Assembly (NCBI GenBank): GCA_964235655.1
Contig: CAXSBB010000015.1
Location: 21,348-85,347 of the forward strand
Length of the DNA: 64,000 bases
Direction of reading: 5' to 3'
Source of the DNA: an uncultured Acidobacteriaceae bacterium
GTDB lineage: Bacteria; Acidobacteriota; Terriglobia; Terriglobales; Acidobacteriaceae
A program made the position numbers and the translations under genes. The notes beneath the pieces are model-generated. The model was not told the DNA's origin. It ran no database searches and saw nothing but the letters and a program-made list of their open reading frames with translations. This document shows positions 20,701-29,203 of this stretch, one piece after another (position 1 is the stretch's first letter; each line of letters opens with the position of its first letter).

Positions 20701-20838
20701 AACGGCAATCCGAAGGCGCAGAACGGCGTGGAAGTGGAACGTAAGTGGGCGCGCGCCGACTATCGCATGCCGGGCTCAACGCCGGAACTGATCCAGATTG
20801 GCAACAGCAACGGCCATAGTAATGGAAAGGTGCGGTAA
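17743..20838 (+). CDS. Molybdopterin formate dehydrogenase alpha subunit, YjgC/ForC type
   Basis: N-terminal 2Fe-2S (CY..CDTC..C), HxxxCxxC, two CxxCxxC 4Fe-4S motifs, CTYCGVGC, NCSRYCQ, PLRGHNNVQG, EKDGTFTNTERR. Confidence 0.92.
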   Translation: MESTPHTAASMGMSQGMSATHPPNPDNLPECSISVNGQEIHALAGERLIDALKRTLDGTKSEVPHVCYLPQLGPIQTCDTCMVEVNGKLVRACGTTVAADARVVTESARARSAQREAFDRILGNHLLYCTVCDNNNGNCTVHNTTALLEVVHQEHPYLTKPYDKDETNPFYRYDPDQCILCGRCVEACQNYQVNETLSINWEDPHPRVQWDHGHTIAGSSCVSCGHCITVCPCNALMEKSMLGEAGYMTKWPVPALEKMIDLVKAIEPEMGYGPILKVSETEAAMREVRTTKTKTVCTYCGVGCSFDIWTKPDDRHILKVEPSQGATNDISTCVKGKFGWDYVNSPDRLQKPLIRNADGQTFREATWEEALTLIGQKFSAIKAEHGPDALGFISSSKTTNEENYLMQKLARAVVGTNNVDNCSRYCQSPATSGLFRTVGYGGDSGSIHDIGKASLVLCIGTNTTESHPVLATRVKQAHKLRGQKLIVADIREHEMARRADIFFRPKPGTDIIWLSAMTRYILESGLARTEFIEQWVNDLDKYRESLHWATMEFAEKATGIAASELRRIAEIIAKEEAVCVLWAMGVTQHVMGSDTSTAISNLLLATGNYMRPGTGAYPLRGHNNVQGASDFGCMPNMFPGYEHTDDEAANARYSAGWGAKLPKPRGLDNHEMIDACYDGKLRGAYLFGEDMYSADSNANHVAGGFERLEFFVVQDIFFSETCRFADVVLPASPSLEKDGTFTNTERRIQRLYQVFEPLGESKPDWRIIQDIANRLGAHWNYTHPSQIMQEAASLAPIFAGVNYDRLEGYRTLQWPVAIDGTDQPLLYTTGFPFEDNKARFFPLKLRVPAEVEDAEYDLHLNNGRLLEHFHEGNMTMRVPGIYQETPERWIEVSPELAKEHNIATGQWVDITSRRDTLRLQVLITDRVKGNQLFVPLNTSDGTQPVNKLSSSDVDDITHTPAYKELAVKMKVLPWRGENPLRALNFRNGNPKAQNGVEVERKWARADYRMPGSTPELIQIGNSNGHSNGKVR

Positions 20839-20841
20839 GCC

Positions 20842-21324
20842 ATGGCAAAGGCAATTAAGTTTCGTCCACATATCGCACCGGCCATCGAGGAGACGCAGCG
20901 CAAGCTGGATGCGGCTCCCCTACAGCATGCCGAGGCGCTGCTGCAAGCCTACCGACTGCTGCAAACCATGCACGACACGGGCACCCTGGACTTTGTACGC
21001 GGGGCTCTGGGAGCGGGAGATACAGTGCTGAACGAGGTTGTGGATATCGCAACTTCGCCGCAGTCCACGCGGGCCATCCGCAACCTGCTGATCGTAATTA
21101 ACCTGCTGGGCACGATTAACCCGGAAGCGCTGCACCGTCTTGCCAAGGCTGTGACGCCCGTACTAACAGGACAGCAGCCGGCGGAGCCGCCGTCACTGTT
21201 CGCCCTTACCCGGCAGTTGTTCTCAAAGGATGTGCGCCGCGCCCTGGTAGCCGGCATCGTCGTATTGGGAGCAGTCGGCTATGCCCTTGGGCGCTCCGAG
21301 AAAGAAACTCACTCACTCGGATAG
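20842..21324 (+). CDS. DUF1641 domain protein (YjgD/ForE-like partner of the formate dehydrogenase)
   Basis: 3 nt after the FDH gene. LLQTMHDTGTLD and C-terminal SLFALTRQLFSKDVRRAL helix resemble DUF1641. Confidence 0.78.
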   Translation: MAKAIKFRPHIAPAIEETQRKLDAAPLQHAEALLQAYRLLQTMHDTGTLDFVRGALGAGDTVLNEVVDIATSPQSTRAIRNLLIVINLLGTINPEALHRLAKAVTPVLTGQQPAEPPSLFALTRQLFSKDVRRALVAGIVVLGAVGYALGRSEKETHSLG

Positions 21325-21340
21325 TGGGAACCTGTATCTA

Positions 21341-22129
21341 TCAAAGGTCTATGTTTCCGGTAGACCTTTGATTTCTCCCCTGTTCCCATGCTTTGGCGTA
21401 CTTCCAGCTCACATAGCCGGCATGGTACAGGTGCTGTAGCAAACCTTCCCGGCCATCAAGGAATCCGCCGCGTAGCAGGTAGTTGTAGGCGAAAGTTGCG
21501 GCAGGGTTTGCCACGACGCCTTTCAGAAATGCGGGGAGCGACTCGATTTTCTCCATAGCTGGAACAGCAGCGCTGCTGTAGCGATTCATATGTTCGATAT
21601 AGAGGGAAAGTGCCGGGTAGGTGTGATGGATCAGATCTCCCTGGAGCGGAGCTACCGGGCCATCCGCAATCATGGATTCATGAACTACCCGGTCCTGAAA
21701 GCGGGCGCGGCCTTGACGAAACAGGCGCAGCTTGCGATCAGGGTAATAGCCGCCATGCCTCAGCCAACGACCCAGAAACAGGTTGCGCCTTGACATGCTA
21801 AAGCCGGCAAGCTCCGGTGCAGCGGTTAGTAAAGCACAGTGGATGTTGTCAGCCAGTTCGGACGACAGTACCTCATCTGCATCTAGCGAGAGAATCCACT
21901 CACCCGTGCACTGCGCGACAGCAAAGTTTTTCTGCGCACCGAAGCCAAGCCAATTTTGGTGCAGAACGCGAGCTCCAAACGCCTTGGCTATTGACACGCT
22001 GCCATCTATAGAACCGGAATCCACCAGCACAATCTCAGGTGCGAGCTCGATGAGTGAAGACAAGGTTCGCCGGAGGTTTGCCTCTTCATCCTGGGCGACG
22101 ATGGCAACCGAAAGCAGCGGCAGATTCAC
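21341..22129 (-). CDS. Glycosyltransferase family 2 (WaaE/KdtX-like)
   Basis: VDSGSID, WLGFGAQKN, LSLDADE, YPDRKLRLF, VHE, GFLDGREG. GTG start overlaps the cyaY stop. Confidence 0.9.
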   Translation of the reverse strand: MNLPLLSVAIVAQDEEANLRRTLSSLIELAPEIVLVDSGSIDGSVSIAKAFGARVLHQNWLGFGAQKNFAVAQCTGEWILSLDADEVLSSELADNIHCALLTAAPELAGFSMSRRNLFLGRWLRHGGYYPDRKLRLFRQGRARFQDRVVHESMIADGPVAPLQGDLIHHTYPALSLYIEHMNRYSSAAVPAMEKIESLPAFLKGVVANPAATFAYNYLLRGGFLDGREGLLQHLYHAGYVSWKYAKAWEQGRNQRSTGNIDL

Positions 22130-22443
22130 GCAGCCATAAACTGCTGAATCAACCGGACCATAAGTGGCTGGAGCGATTCACCCGTTTTCGGCAAGATGAA
22201 CTGCGAGGAGGCCTCGTTCCAGTCCAGCTTGAAGGAGGTCGAAAGCGCGGAAATCCATATTTGACGCACAGGGGTGTTTGGAGTTACGACAAATTTGCTT
22301 CCGGGCTGCTCAAAGACGACATTCAGTACGCCGTTGTTCTCTTCGACATCGAAACCGCCCTCGGCTTCCTGCTCAATGAGAGCCTGCTTGAGAGCTTCTA
22401 TGGAGTGGTCGGCGTGGCGGCGGAACTGGGTTTCGTCGAGCAT
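22126..22443 (-). CDS. cyaY: Iron donor protein CyaY (frataxin family)
   Basis: GVLNVVF..KFVVTPNTPVRQIWISA frataxin signature, 105 aa. Confidence 0.85.
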   Translation of the reverse strand: MLDETQFRRHADHSIEALKQALIEQEAEGGFDVEENNGVLNVVFEQPGSKFVVTPNTPVRQIWISALSTSFKLDWNEASSQFILPKTGESLQPLMVRLIQQFMAA

Positions 22444-22477
22444 GGCATAAGTGTAGCAACCGCCGCCTGCGCCATCT

Positions 22478-22660
22478 CTAGGCTACGTCCCGAATGGCAT
22501 CCTTCACATGCTTAACGGCTTCTTCTTTCAACTCAAGATGGTGCACCTTGAAGGCATGGTCTTCAATCTGGGGCAGCATCTCTGCTTCAGAATTGCCTTC
22601 CAGGTGCCACTCGCACTCTGTATAGCCGACGTTTGCACAGTGGAACTGCTTGGTTGCCAT
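22478..22660 (-). CDS. DUF1059 small metal-binding protein (60 aa)
   Basis: MATKQFHCANVGYTECEW...HAFKVHH pattern. AGGAG RBS before ATG 22660. Confidence 0.8.
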   Translation of the reverse strand: MATKQFHCANVGYTECEWHLEGNSEAEMLPQIEDHAFKVHHLELKEEAVKHVKDAIRDVA

Positions 22661-22941
22661 AGAAACTCCTTGGGGATGAAATATTTTGCGATATACGCTT
22701 ACTTGGATGTACGCAGCCCAGGGTACGGGTTTAGAAAAGTTATGGCTGCCGTGCATATTCAAGTTGGGCAGTGAATCGCCCACTCTTTGAACACGCGAGT
22801 GCTGTATCCAGGATGAGCGTATTTGCGAAAGATGAATTGGGTGAGCACCCGTTTGCAGTCAGGACGGAAAAACCCACAGAAATAGTAAGTAGTCATTGAA
22901 CGATCTTCTGCCGTCTTACAAACTTTAGTCACTCATCGTCC

Positions 22942-22969
22942 TGAACAGGAAGAGGTGAGTTGCCGATAA
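22942..22969 (+). promoter_or_regulatory. Putative sigma28 (FliA)-type promoter
   Basis: Perfect -10 GCCGATAA (22962-22969) with TGAA 16 nt upstream, 53 nt before the first chemotaxis gene. Confidence 0.55.
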
Positions 22970-23022
22970 GAAAAAAGATTTCGCAATCTGCGGTAACACT
23001 CAAATAAGTCGAGGGTTTTGGC

Positions 23023-23391
23023 ATGGATATTCTATTAGTCGACGATAGCAAAACAATGCGCCTGCTGGTGCAGCGAGCCATACGACAGGCTGGCTTTCGC
23101 AGGCTTGTGGTCGGCGAGGCGGAAAACGGAGTTCAGGCTTTGGAGAAGCTTCAGAGTGAACGCCCCAAAGTCATTCTTTCAGACTGGAACATGCCGGAAA
23201 TGTCAGGCATTGATTTCTTAGTGCGAGTCAGAGCTGCAAAAAATACAGTGCCATTCGGCTTTATTACCTCTGAAAGCTCGACCGAGATCAAAGACCTTGC
23301 CATGAGTTCGGGAGCAAACTTCTTGCTTACAAAACCTTTTACCCCTGAAGATGTCCAAGCGGCTCTGTCACCGATCCTGGGGAGCAATTAA
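23023..23391 (+). CDS. cheY: Single-domain response regulator (CheY-like)
   Basis: LLVDDS, LSDWNMPEMSG, ITSE, TKPF. Confidence 0.88.
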   Translation: MDILLVDDSKTMRLLVQRAIRQAGFRRLVVGEAENGVQALEKLQSERPKVILSDWNMPEMSGIDFLVRVRAAKNTVPFGFITSESSTEIKDLAMSSGANFLLTKPFTPEDVQAALSPILGSN

Positions 23392-23392
23392 T

Positions 23393-23860
23393 ATGTCAGA
23401 ACCGACAGCGCATGCCATGACCCAACTTTTTTCTCAGCTGATGGGGCGAAAGGTCTCCTTCGCTCAGGCAAAACCTGCGACAGCGACAAATGTAAAGCAG
23501 ATGTATGGCTTGTACACCGTGCTTCCAAACGAGACTGTAATCGTCGTCAAGGCTGATCTGCCCTTGCTAGGCTCTTTTGCAGGTGCCCTTGTAGGGCTAC
23601 CGCAGGATGCGATAAAAGAGCAGCTTGCGGAAACGCCGTTGAGCGAACTTCTACGGGATGCAATCCACGAAGTTCTAAATATCGCTTCTACCGTGGTCAC
23701 AAACGAAGGACGGGCAGTATTTAAGAAAATGGCGGCCGATCCTGTGTACTTTGACAGCCTGGATGCTCAGTTCTTACAAAAACCGGACCGTAAAACTTTG
23801 TTTGATGTTTCCATGGAAGATTACCAGGGAGGCAAGTTCACAATTTTCGCTCAGTTGTGA
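23393..23860 (+). CDS. Hypothetical protein, possible CheC/CheX-like phosphatase
   Basis: 1 nt after cheY. Contains DAIHEVLNI, an E-x-x-N phosphatase-like motif. Confidence 0.6.
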   Translation: MSEPTAHAMTQLFSQLMGRKVSFAQAKPATATNVKQMYGLYTVLPNETVIVVKADLPLLGSFAGALVGLPQDAIKEQLAETPLSELLRDAIHEVLNIASTVVTNEGRAVFKKMAADPVYFDSLDAQFLQKPDRKTLFDVSMEDYQGGKFTIFAQL

Positions 23861-24322
23861 CGATTGTCTTTAAGAACAATGACAGCAACTCCAGAGCTCG
23901 GTCAGACTTGGAAGCAGCCAAAGAGTCTTGCCGGTACATGGCTGCATGTATTGAAAGTAGACGGTAATGTTTACGGCACCGTCAGAGAAGTGGAACAAGA
24001 AGCGGTCAATCAGGAATGTATTCCCGCCGAACAGCGGACACCTGATTCATTTCAGTTCCAATCATGATGGAGTTGCGACCGATCGTCTACAGCCTCTATC
24101 AACAACCGGATCTATATCGTTCAAATTGTTTACACCAGAAGAACTTTGACATGCAGTTCTAAACAGTTTCGGGTGCGACGCAGAGTACTTTTCAAATATT
24201 GACAATTCAAAGCGCGTTTTTCAATGCAAGCAGCATCAGCAGTAACCCTTCTCACCCTAGTTTAAGCCATTACGTGACCCCGGTAATGTACGGGGGGGTA
24301 GTGTAAGCGGCCATGTAAGCAG

Positions 24323-24868
24323 ATGATCGTAACAGTGAGGGAAGCGATGATTTCGGGGATGAAAACGACAGTAACGAATAAAGCACACAATACTGTCGAC
24401 CTGCGCGCGGGCAAGTATTTAATCTTTCAACTGGGCGATGAAGAATTTGGGGCTGGGGTGCTGAAGGTTAAAGAAATCATGAAGATGCAGGAGGTCACGA
24501 GCGTTCCGCAAACGCCCCCCTTTGTGCAAGGCGTGATCAACCTGCGCGGCAAAATCGTGCCGGTTATCAACCTTCGACGCAAGTTCAAGCTTCCCGAGCA
24601 GGAAAATACTGAACGTACCTGCATCGTTGTCGTGCGCATGCAACTGAATGGGATAGAGCAGCCTATGGGGATCGTAGTGGATGGAGTAGTCGAGGTACTG
24701 ACACTAAGTTCGGACGATATCGAAGATACACCTGACTTCGGGCTGGGCGGCATCATGCCCTACGTACAAGGCATGGCCAAAATAAAAGGCAGAGTCAAAA
24801 TCCTGCTGGACATAGACCAGGTTTTGAGTACGCGGGATGCAGACGCACTTGCCACCTTGCACATGTAA
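24323..24868 (+). CDS. cheW: Chemotaxis coupling protein CheW
   Basis: [47 protein letters not shown]. Start may be 24347 or 24359. Confidence 0.95.
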   Translation: MIVTVREAMISGMKTTVTNKAHNTVDLRAGKYLIFQLGDEEFGAGVLKVKEIMKMQEVTSVPQTPPFVQGVINLRGKIVPVINLRRKFKLPEQENTERTCIVVVRMQLNGIEQPMGIVVDGVVEVLTLSSDDIEDTPDFGLGGIMPYVQGMAKIKGRVKILLDIDQVLSTRDADALATLHM

Positions 24869-24909
24869 CAGCCATTTATCAAATTCAGGAAAGCTTTTTA
24901 GGCATACAC

Positions 24910-26547
24910 ATGACGATAGGGAAAAAGTTGTACATGGGTTTTGGAGCTGCTCTGGTAATTACTTTGGTGATGGGAATAGCTTCTATCCGTAATATCAGTG
25001 CGCTTGGTAGTGCAATTGATGCTCTGGCGCGTATCTCTGCACGCAATCTTTTTCTCGCCGGAATGATCGACGACCTGACCTCAGACTTCATGGCAGCCCA
25101 GCGCGGCATGCTGGTATGTGCCCATAGGAATGACAAGGAAGGTGCGCGCAAGCTGTACGACCACGCACTGGAAGACACCGCGACACTCAAGAAGTATGGC
25201 GCTGAATTTATAGAGCGCAGCACCAAGCCTGAACTGCGGGATTTAGTCCAGACGCGCGTGCAAGACAAGATCGAATCCATGCTGCAAATCCAGTCGGACG
25301 TATATGACATGGCTTTAAAAGGCGATCTGGCAGGCGCCGACGCAATGTCCACCGACAAGTTCTCGCCTATCGCGCAGGCGGCCAGCGATGCAGGCGACGA
25401 GCTCGCTGCCAAGGAGTATCAGCAGGTGATGTCAAGGGCTGACGCTGCTACGGCTACAATCGGGCCTGCGCGCAACCTCAGCATCCTGATGATGGTTTTA
25501 TCGATGGCTGTAGGTGCCGGTGTTACCTGGATTATCCGCGGGATCAACAGCACCCTTCAAAGCAGTGTAGGTGAGCTGCGGGACGGTGCCGAGCAGGTAA
25601 CGAATGCCGCCTCGCAGGTTTCTTCCTCGAGCCAGTCCCTGGCACAGGGTGCCTCGGAGCAGGCTGCCTCTCTCGAAGAAACATCAGCTTCCTCAGAAGA
25701 AATCAACTCGATGGCTCGGAAAAATACCGATAACTCCCGCGCTACCGCCGAGTTGCTGGCCCAGTCCCAACAAAAAGTAAACCAAGCGAACCATCACCTG
25801 GAAGATATGGTGACTTCCATGAATCAGATTACCGATTCGAGCGGCAAAATCTCGAAGATTATCAAGGTCATCGATGAAATTGCTTTTCAGACGAATATCT
25901 TGGCTCTAAACGCAGCCGTTGAAGCCGCTCGAGCCGGTGAAGCAGGGATGGGGTTTGCCGTAGTGGCCGATGAGGTGCGCAGCTTGGCACAGCGCAGCGC
26001 CCAGGCTGCCAAGGACACAGCCATCCTGATCGAGGACTCCATCGCTAAATCCAGCGAAGGTAAGGTCAAGGTGGACCAGGTAGCCCTTGCAATCAAGGCA
26101 GTGACGGAGGACTCTACGCGGATCAAGGTGATGGTGGACGAAGTCAGCCTGGGGAGTGAAGAGCAGTCGCGTGGCATTGACCAGATAGGCAAAGCTATCG
26201 CCCAGATGGAGCAGGTCACCCAGACAACGGCGGCAAACGCAGAAGAAAGCGCAGCGGCAGCCGAACAGCTCAACGCACAATCGGAGGCGATGAAAGACGT
26301 GGTTGCTCAGTTACAGGCAATGGTAGGTGGCGCAGGAAGCAATTCGAGACCCATGTTGCGGATCGCTCCCGCACGCGCTACACGAATTTCGCGGCCATCC
26401 ATCCAGGGAGCCTCTTCGTTAACAAAACTTTCCAGGCCGATCTCGCTCCAGAAAGTGAAAGTCAGTCATGGAGGGAGTACTCCCGTAAAAAAACAAGCAG
26501 TCGAGTCGGACGAGTTTCCGATGGAGGAAAGCTTTCAGTCGTTCTGA
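24910..26547 (+). CDS. Methyl-accepting chemotaxis protein with four-helix-bundle sensor
   Basis: Two TMs, hairpin tip [34 protein letters not shown], methylation helices, C-terminal SFQSF. Confidence 0.95.
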   Translation: MTIGKKLYMGFGAALVITLVMGIASIRNISALGSAIDALARISARNLFLAGMIDDLTSDFMAAQRGMLVCAHRNDKEGARKLYDHALEDTATLKKYGAEFIERSTKPELRDLVQTRVQDKIESMLQIQSDVYDMALKGDLAGADAMSTDKFSPIAQAASDAGDELAAKEYQQVMSRADAATATIGPARNLSILMMVLSMAVGAGVTWIIRGINSTLQSSVGELRDGAEQVTNAASQVSSSSQSLAQGASEQAASLEETSASSEEINSMARKNTDNSRATAELLAQSQQKVNQANHHLEDMVTSMNQITDSSGKISKIIKVIDEIAFQTNILALNAAVEAARAGEAGMGFAVVADEVRSLAQRSAQAAKDTAILIEDSIAKSSEGKVKVDQVALAIKAVTEDSTRIKVMVDEVSLGSEEQSRGIDQIGKAIAQMEQVTQTTAANAEESAAAAEQLNAQSEAMKDVVAQLQAMVGGAGSNSRPMLRIAPARATRISRPSIQGASSLTKLSRPISLQKVKVSHGGSTPVKKQAVESDEFPMEESFQSF

Positions 26548-26836
26548 TGGAGGAAACAACGAGATGAAGCGATGAGCCTCTTCCTCCGCACGGTGTGTCG
26601 AGAGTGGTTCAAGCTGTGAAGAATCCACTTTCAGGACAAGCTTTGTACGCGATTGTCTGCGTCGCAAAGTACATCGTGAAGATTGACAAGGCATGGGTCA
26701 AGCTGTGAGATATGGAGCGCTTCGGCTAGCGCTCTCAGGGTGTAAGTAGGTTTCGGGTCGCACCCGCTGCCTGGAACTACAGCAAACCGGCTGTCACGTG
26801 GACCCACACTGCGGAGAGGATTGGCAAAGAGGCGCT

Positions 26837-29203
26837 ATGTCTGAACAGGAAGAGAAAGTGCCTAGAGCGATCGCAGTTTGGGAAGCGAGGATCGACGAAC
26901 TCGCGACGGGGTTAATGATCGACGGCATAGGGCCAGCGATCATGGCAGACCTTCAGTCTATTGCAACGGGGGCCGAAAACGTCGGTTTTTCTCAAAGTGC
27001 TGCTCTGGCCCGTTCGTTAGCAATTTCAATCGAGAACAGCACTGCTGAGAACTCGGAAGCCCTGCTCAAGGAAGGATTCACGCAGCTACGGTCATCCATG
27101 CAGCGCGAGAGCAACAGTGTGGCTTACACGGCCGAGCCTGCTTATGGCTCGCTTGGCGACGATGCCGAACTCGTAGCGGACTTCCTGGTCGAAGCACGCG
27201 AACATCTTTCACAGATCGAAGGTCAAATGCTCGCGCTTGAGCGCGATCCTGCCGCGATGGAGGTGATTCACACTGTCTTTCGTGCCTTTCACACCATCAA
27301 AGGGTTGGCAGGTTTTCTCGGCTTTTCGGTGGTGCAGGCAGTCTCTCACGAAGTCGAAACACTGCTTGACTTGGCACGTAACGAGAAGTTGACGGTGGAT
27401 TCTTCCATCGTGGACGTAGTACTTGAGAGCGGCGATTTTCTTTTGGCAGAAATGTCCGCAATCGATCTCGTTCTGGCAGGTAGTGCATCTTTGTCCCCGG
27501 CCGACAACAGGGCTTTGATCGCCAAAATTAGACATCTAGCTGTTCCACAGCAGTTGCATAAATCGATACCTTCTCCAAAAGTGCCGGAATCTACGGCGCC
27601 TATAAATAATCACACCGCTAGCGCAATCCACTTTGAGGCAGACCAAGATAATTTCTTTTCGCCGGAGCTTACGAGTGTGAGTGGAGCGGCTTCGCAACTG
27701 GCATCAGAAACAGCTGCGTCAGCCTTTTTAGATTCCATCATGGTGCAGACCGCAGCATCCTCCATGGATGCTTCCACCGTAGAGATCCTTAAATCTTCCG
27801 ATCAAACTTCGAAGATAGCATGCGCTATAAAACCGGCAGAAACTATCCTAGTAGCAGATCCGTCAGCGAGCTTTACAGCACTGCCCAAAGCTTCCGAAGT
27901 AGTAAGTCCAATCAAGGTAGTGAAGATTTTCTCGACGGCACACCCGGCTGAGCCAGTCGTAGTTACCGAACCCTTACGCACGGTGGTGCCTGCCAAAGTT
28001 GTAGAAACGCCGCGCGTTTTAGAACCGCCTAAAGCTCCGGATGCCAGCTCGGTACGGGTGGAAACCGCGAAGCTTGATTACTTAATGGATATGGTAGGCG
28101 AGATGGTGATCGCCCAGTCGCTCATTCGGCACAGCCATGTGCTGCTTTCCGCGAATGACTCTCGGCTGATCGGCGACCTTTCGCACTTGGCTCGCGTTAC
28201 AGCCGAAGTACAGCGAGCAACCATGAGTATGCGCATGGTTCCCGTAAGCCAGATGTTTCAGAAGATCGAGCGTCTGATCCGCGACCTTTCACGCAAAGCC
28301 GGAAAGCAAGTGGTACTTGAAACTTCCGGTACAGATACTGAAGTCGACAAGACTGTTGCCGAAGAGCTCTCCGATCCCCTTCTGCATATGGTGCGCAATT
28401 CTGTGGATCATGGAATCGAAGAAGCCGGTGAGCGCGAAGCCGCAGGCAAAGATCCTACGGCGCGCATTCGGCTGGCCGCCTACCATCAAGGCGGCCAAGT
28501 AGTCATAGCAATCGCCGATGATGGCCGAGGACTCAATTCTGAAAAGATACGCAAAAAAGCTGAGCAAAAAAATCTCGTTACTTCCACTACCTCGCTGACC
28601 GAAGCAGAAATCTACCAACTCATCTTCGCCCCCGGTTTTTCGACCGCCGAAACGATTACGGATGTCTCGGGACGCGGCGTGGGCATGGATGTTGTTCGCC
28701 GTAACGTAGAAAAGCTTCGCGGACGCATCGAGACGCAGTCGACTCTTGGCCTGGGAACGACTTTCCTGCTCAAACTGCCTCTCACGCTGGCCATTATTGA
28801 CGGTCTAGTCGTTGAGGTCGGCATCAACCGTTACGTAATTCCTCTGCCTGTAGTGCGGGAAATATTTCGGCCTCTTGAAAATACCCTGTTCAGTGTCATT
28901 GGGCGGGATGAAATGGTGCTTGTGCGCGAGGAATTGATGCCAATTGTCCGGCTGAACCAGCGGCTTGGCATTCAGGCCCGAGCGACGCTCCCGAGTGAGG
29001 GTCTACTTGTCGTCATCGAGTCGGAGAGCAAACGCTTTTGTCTGCTGGTGGACGATCTTTTAGGCAAGCAAGAAGTTGTCATCAAGTCCCTGGGAGAAAC
29101 TTTCAAGGACGTTTCCGGTTTTTCAGGCTGCGCAGTGTTGGGCGATGGCCGCGTCGGATTGATCCTCGACACAGATGGTATTTACCGCGGGAGAAGACGA
29201 TGA
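26837..29203 (+). CDS. cheA: Chemotaxis histidine kinase CheA
   Basis: P1 FRAFHTIKG, dimerisation KLDYLMDMVGEMV, HATPase HMVRNSVDHGIE / DDGRG / SGRGVGMDVV, C-terminal CheW domain. Confidence 0.95.
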   Translation: MSEQEEKVPRAIAVWEARIDELATGLMIDGIGPAIMADLQSIATGAENVGFSQSAALARSLAISIENSTAENSEALLKEGFTQLRSSMQRESNSVAYTAEPAYGSLGDDAELVADFLVEAREHLSQIEGQMLALERDPAAMEVIHTVFRAFHTIKGLAGFLGFSVVQAVSHEVETLLDLARNEKLTVDSSIVDVVLESGDFLLAEMSAIDLVLAGSASLSPADNRALIAKIRHLAVPQQLHKSIPSPKVPESTAPINNHTASAIHFEADQDNFFSPELTSVSGAASQLASETAASAFLDSIMVQTAASSMDASTVEILKSSDQTSKIACAIKPAETILVADPSASFTALPKASEVVSPIKVVKIFSTAHPAEPVVVTEPLRTVVPAKVVETPRVLEPPKAPDASSVRVETAKLDYLMDMVGEMVIAQSLIRHSHVLLSANDSRLIGDLSHLARVTAEVQRATMSMRMVPVSQMFQKIERLIRDLSRKAGKQVVLETSGTDTEVDKTVAEELSDPLLHMVRNSVDHGIEEAGEREAAGKDPTARIRLAAYHQGGQVVIAIADDGRGLNSEKIRKKAEQKNLVTSTTSLTEAEIYQLIFAPGFSTAETITDVSGRGVGMDVVRRNVEKLRGRIETQSTLGLGTTFLLKLPLTLAIIDGLVVEVGINRYVIPLPVVREIFRPLENTLFSVIGRDEMVLVREELMPIVRLNQRLGIQARATLPSEGLLVVIESESKRFCLLVDDLLGKQEVVIKSLGETFKDVSGFSGCAVLGDGRVGLILDTDGIYRGRRR

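Noticed and set aside
21330-21341. ACCTGTATCTAT identical to 6071-6082
   Set aside because: Lies between convergent gene ends; a single 12-mer match can arise by chance in 64 kb.
23864-24149. Short ORFs (67 and 60 aa) in the gap before cheW
   Set aside because: Weak starts, no RBS and no recognisable motifs.
26609-26708. Possible c-di-GMP riboswitch or CRISPR-like repeats
   Set aside because: Only fragments resemble riboswitch consensus. Only two 11-bp repeats, and no cas genes.
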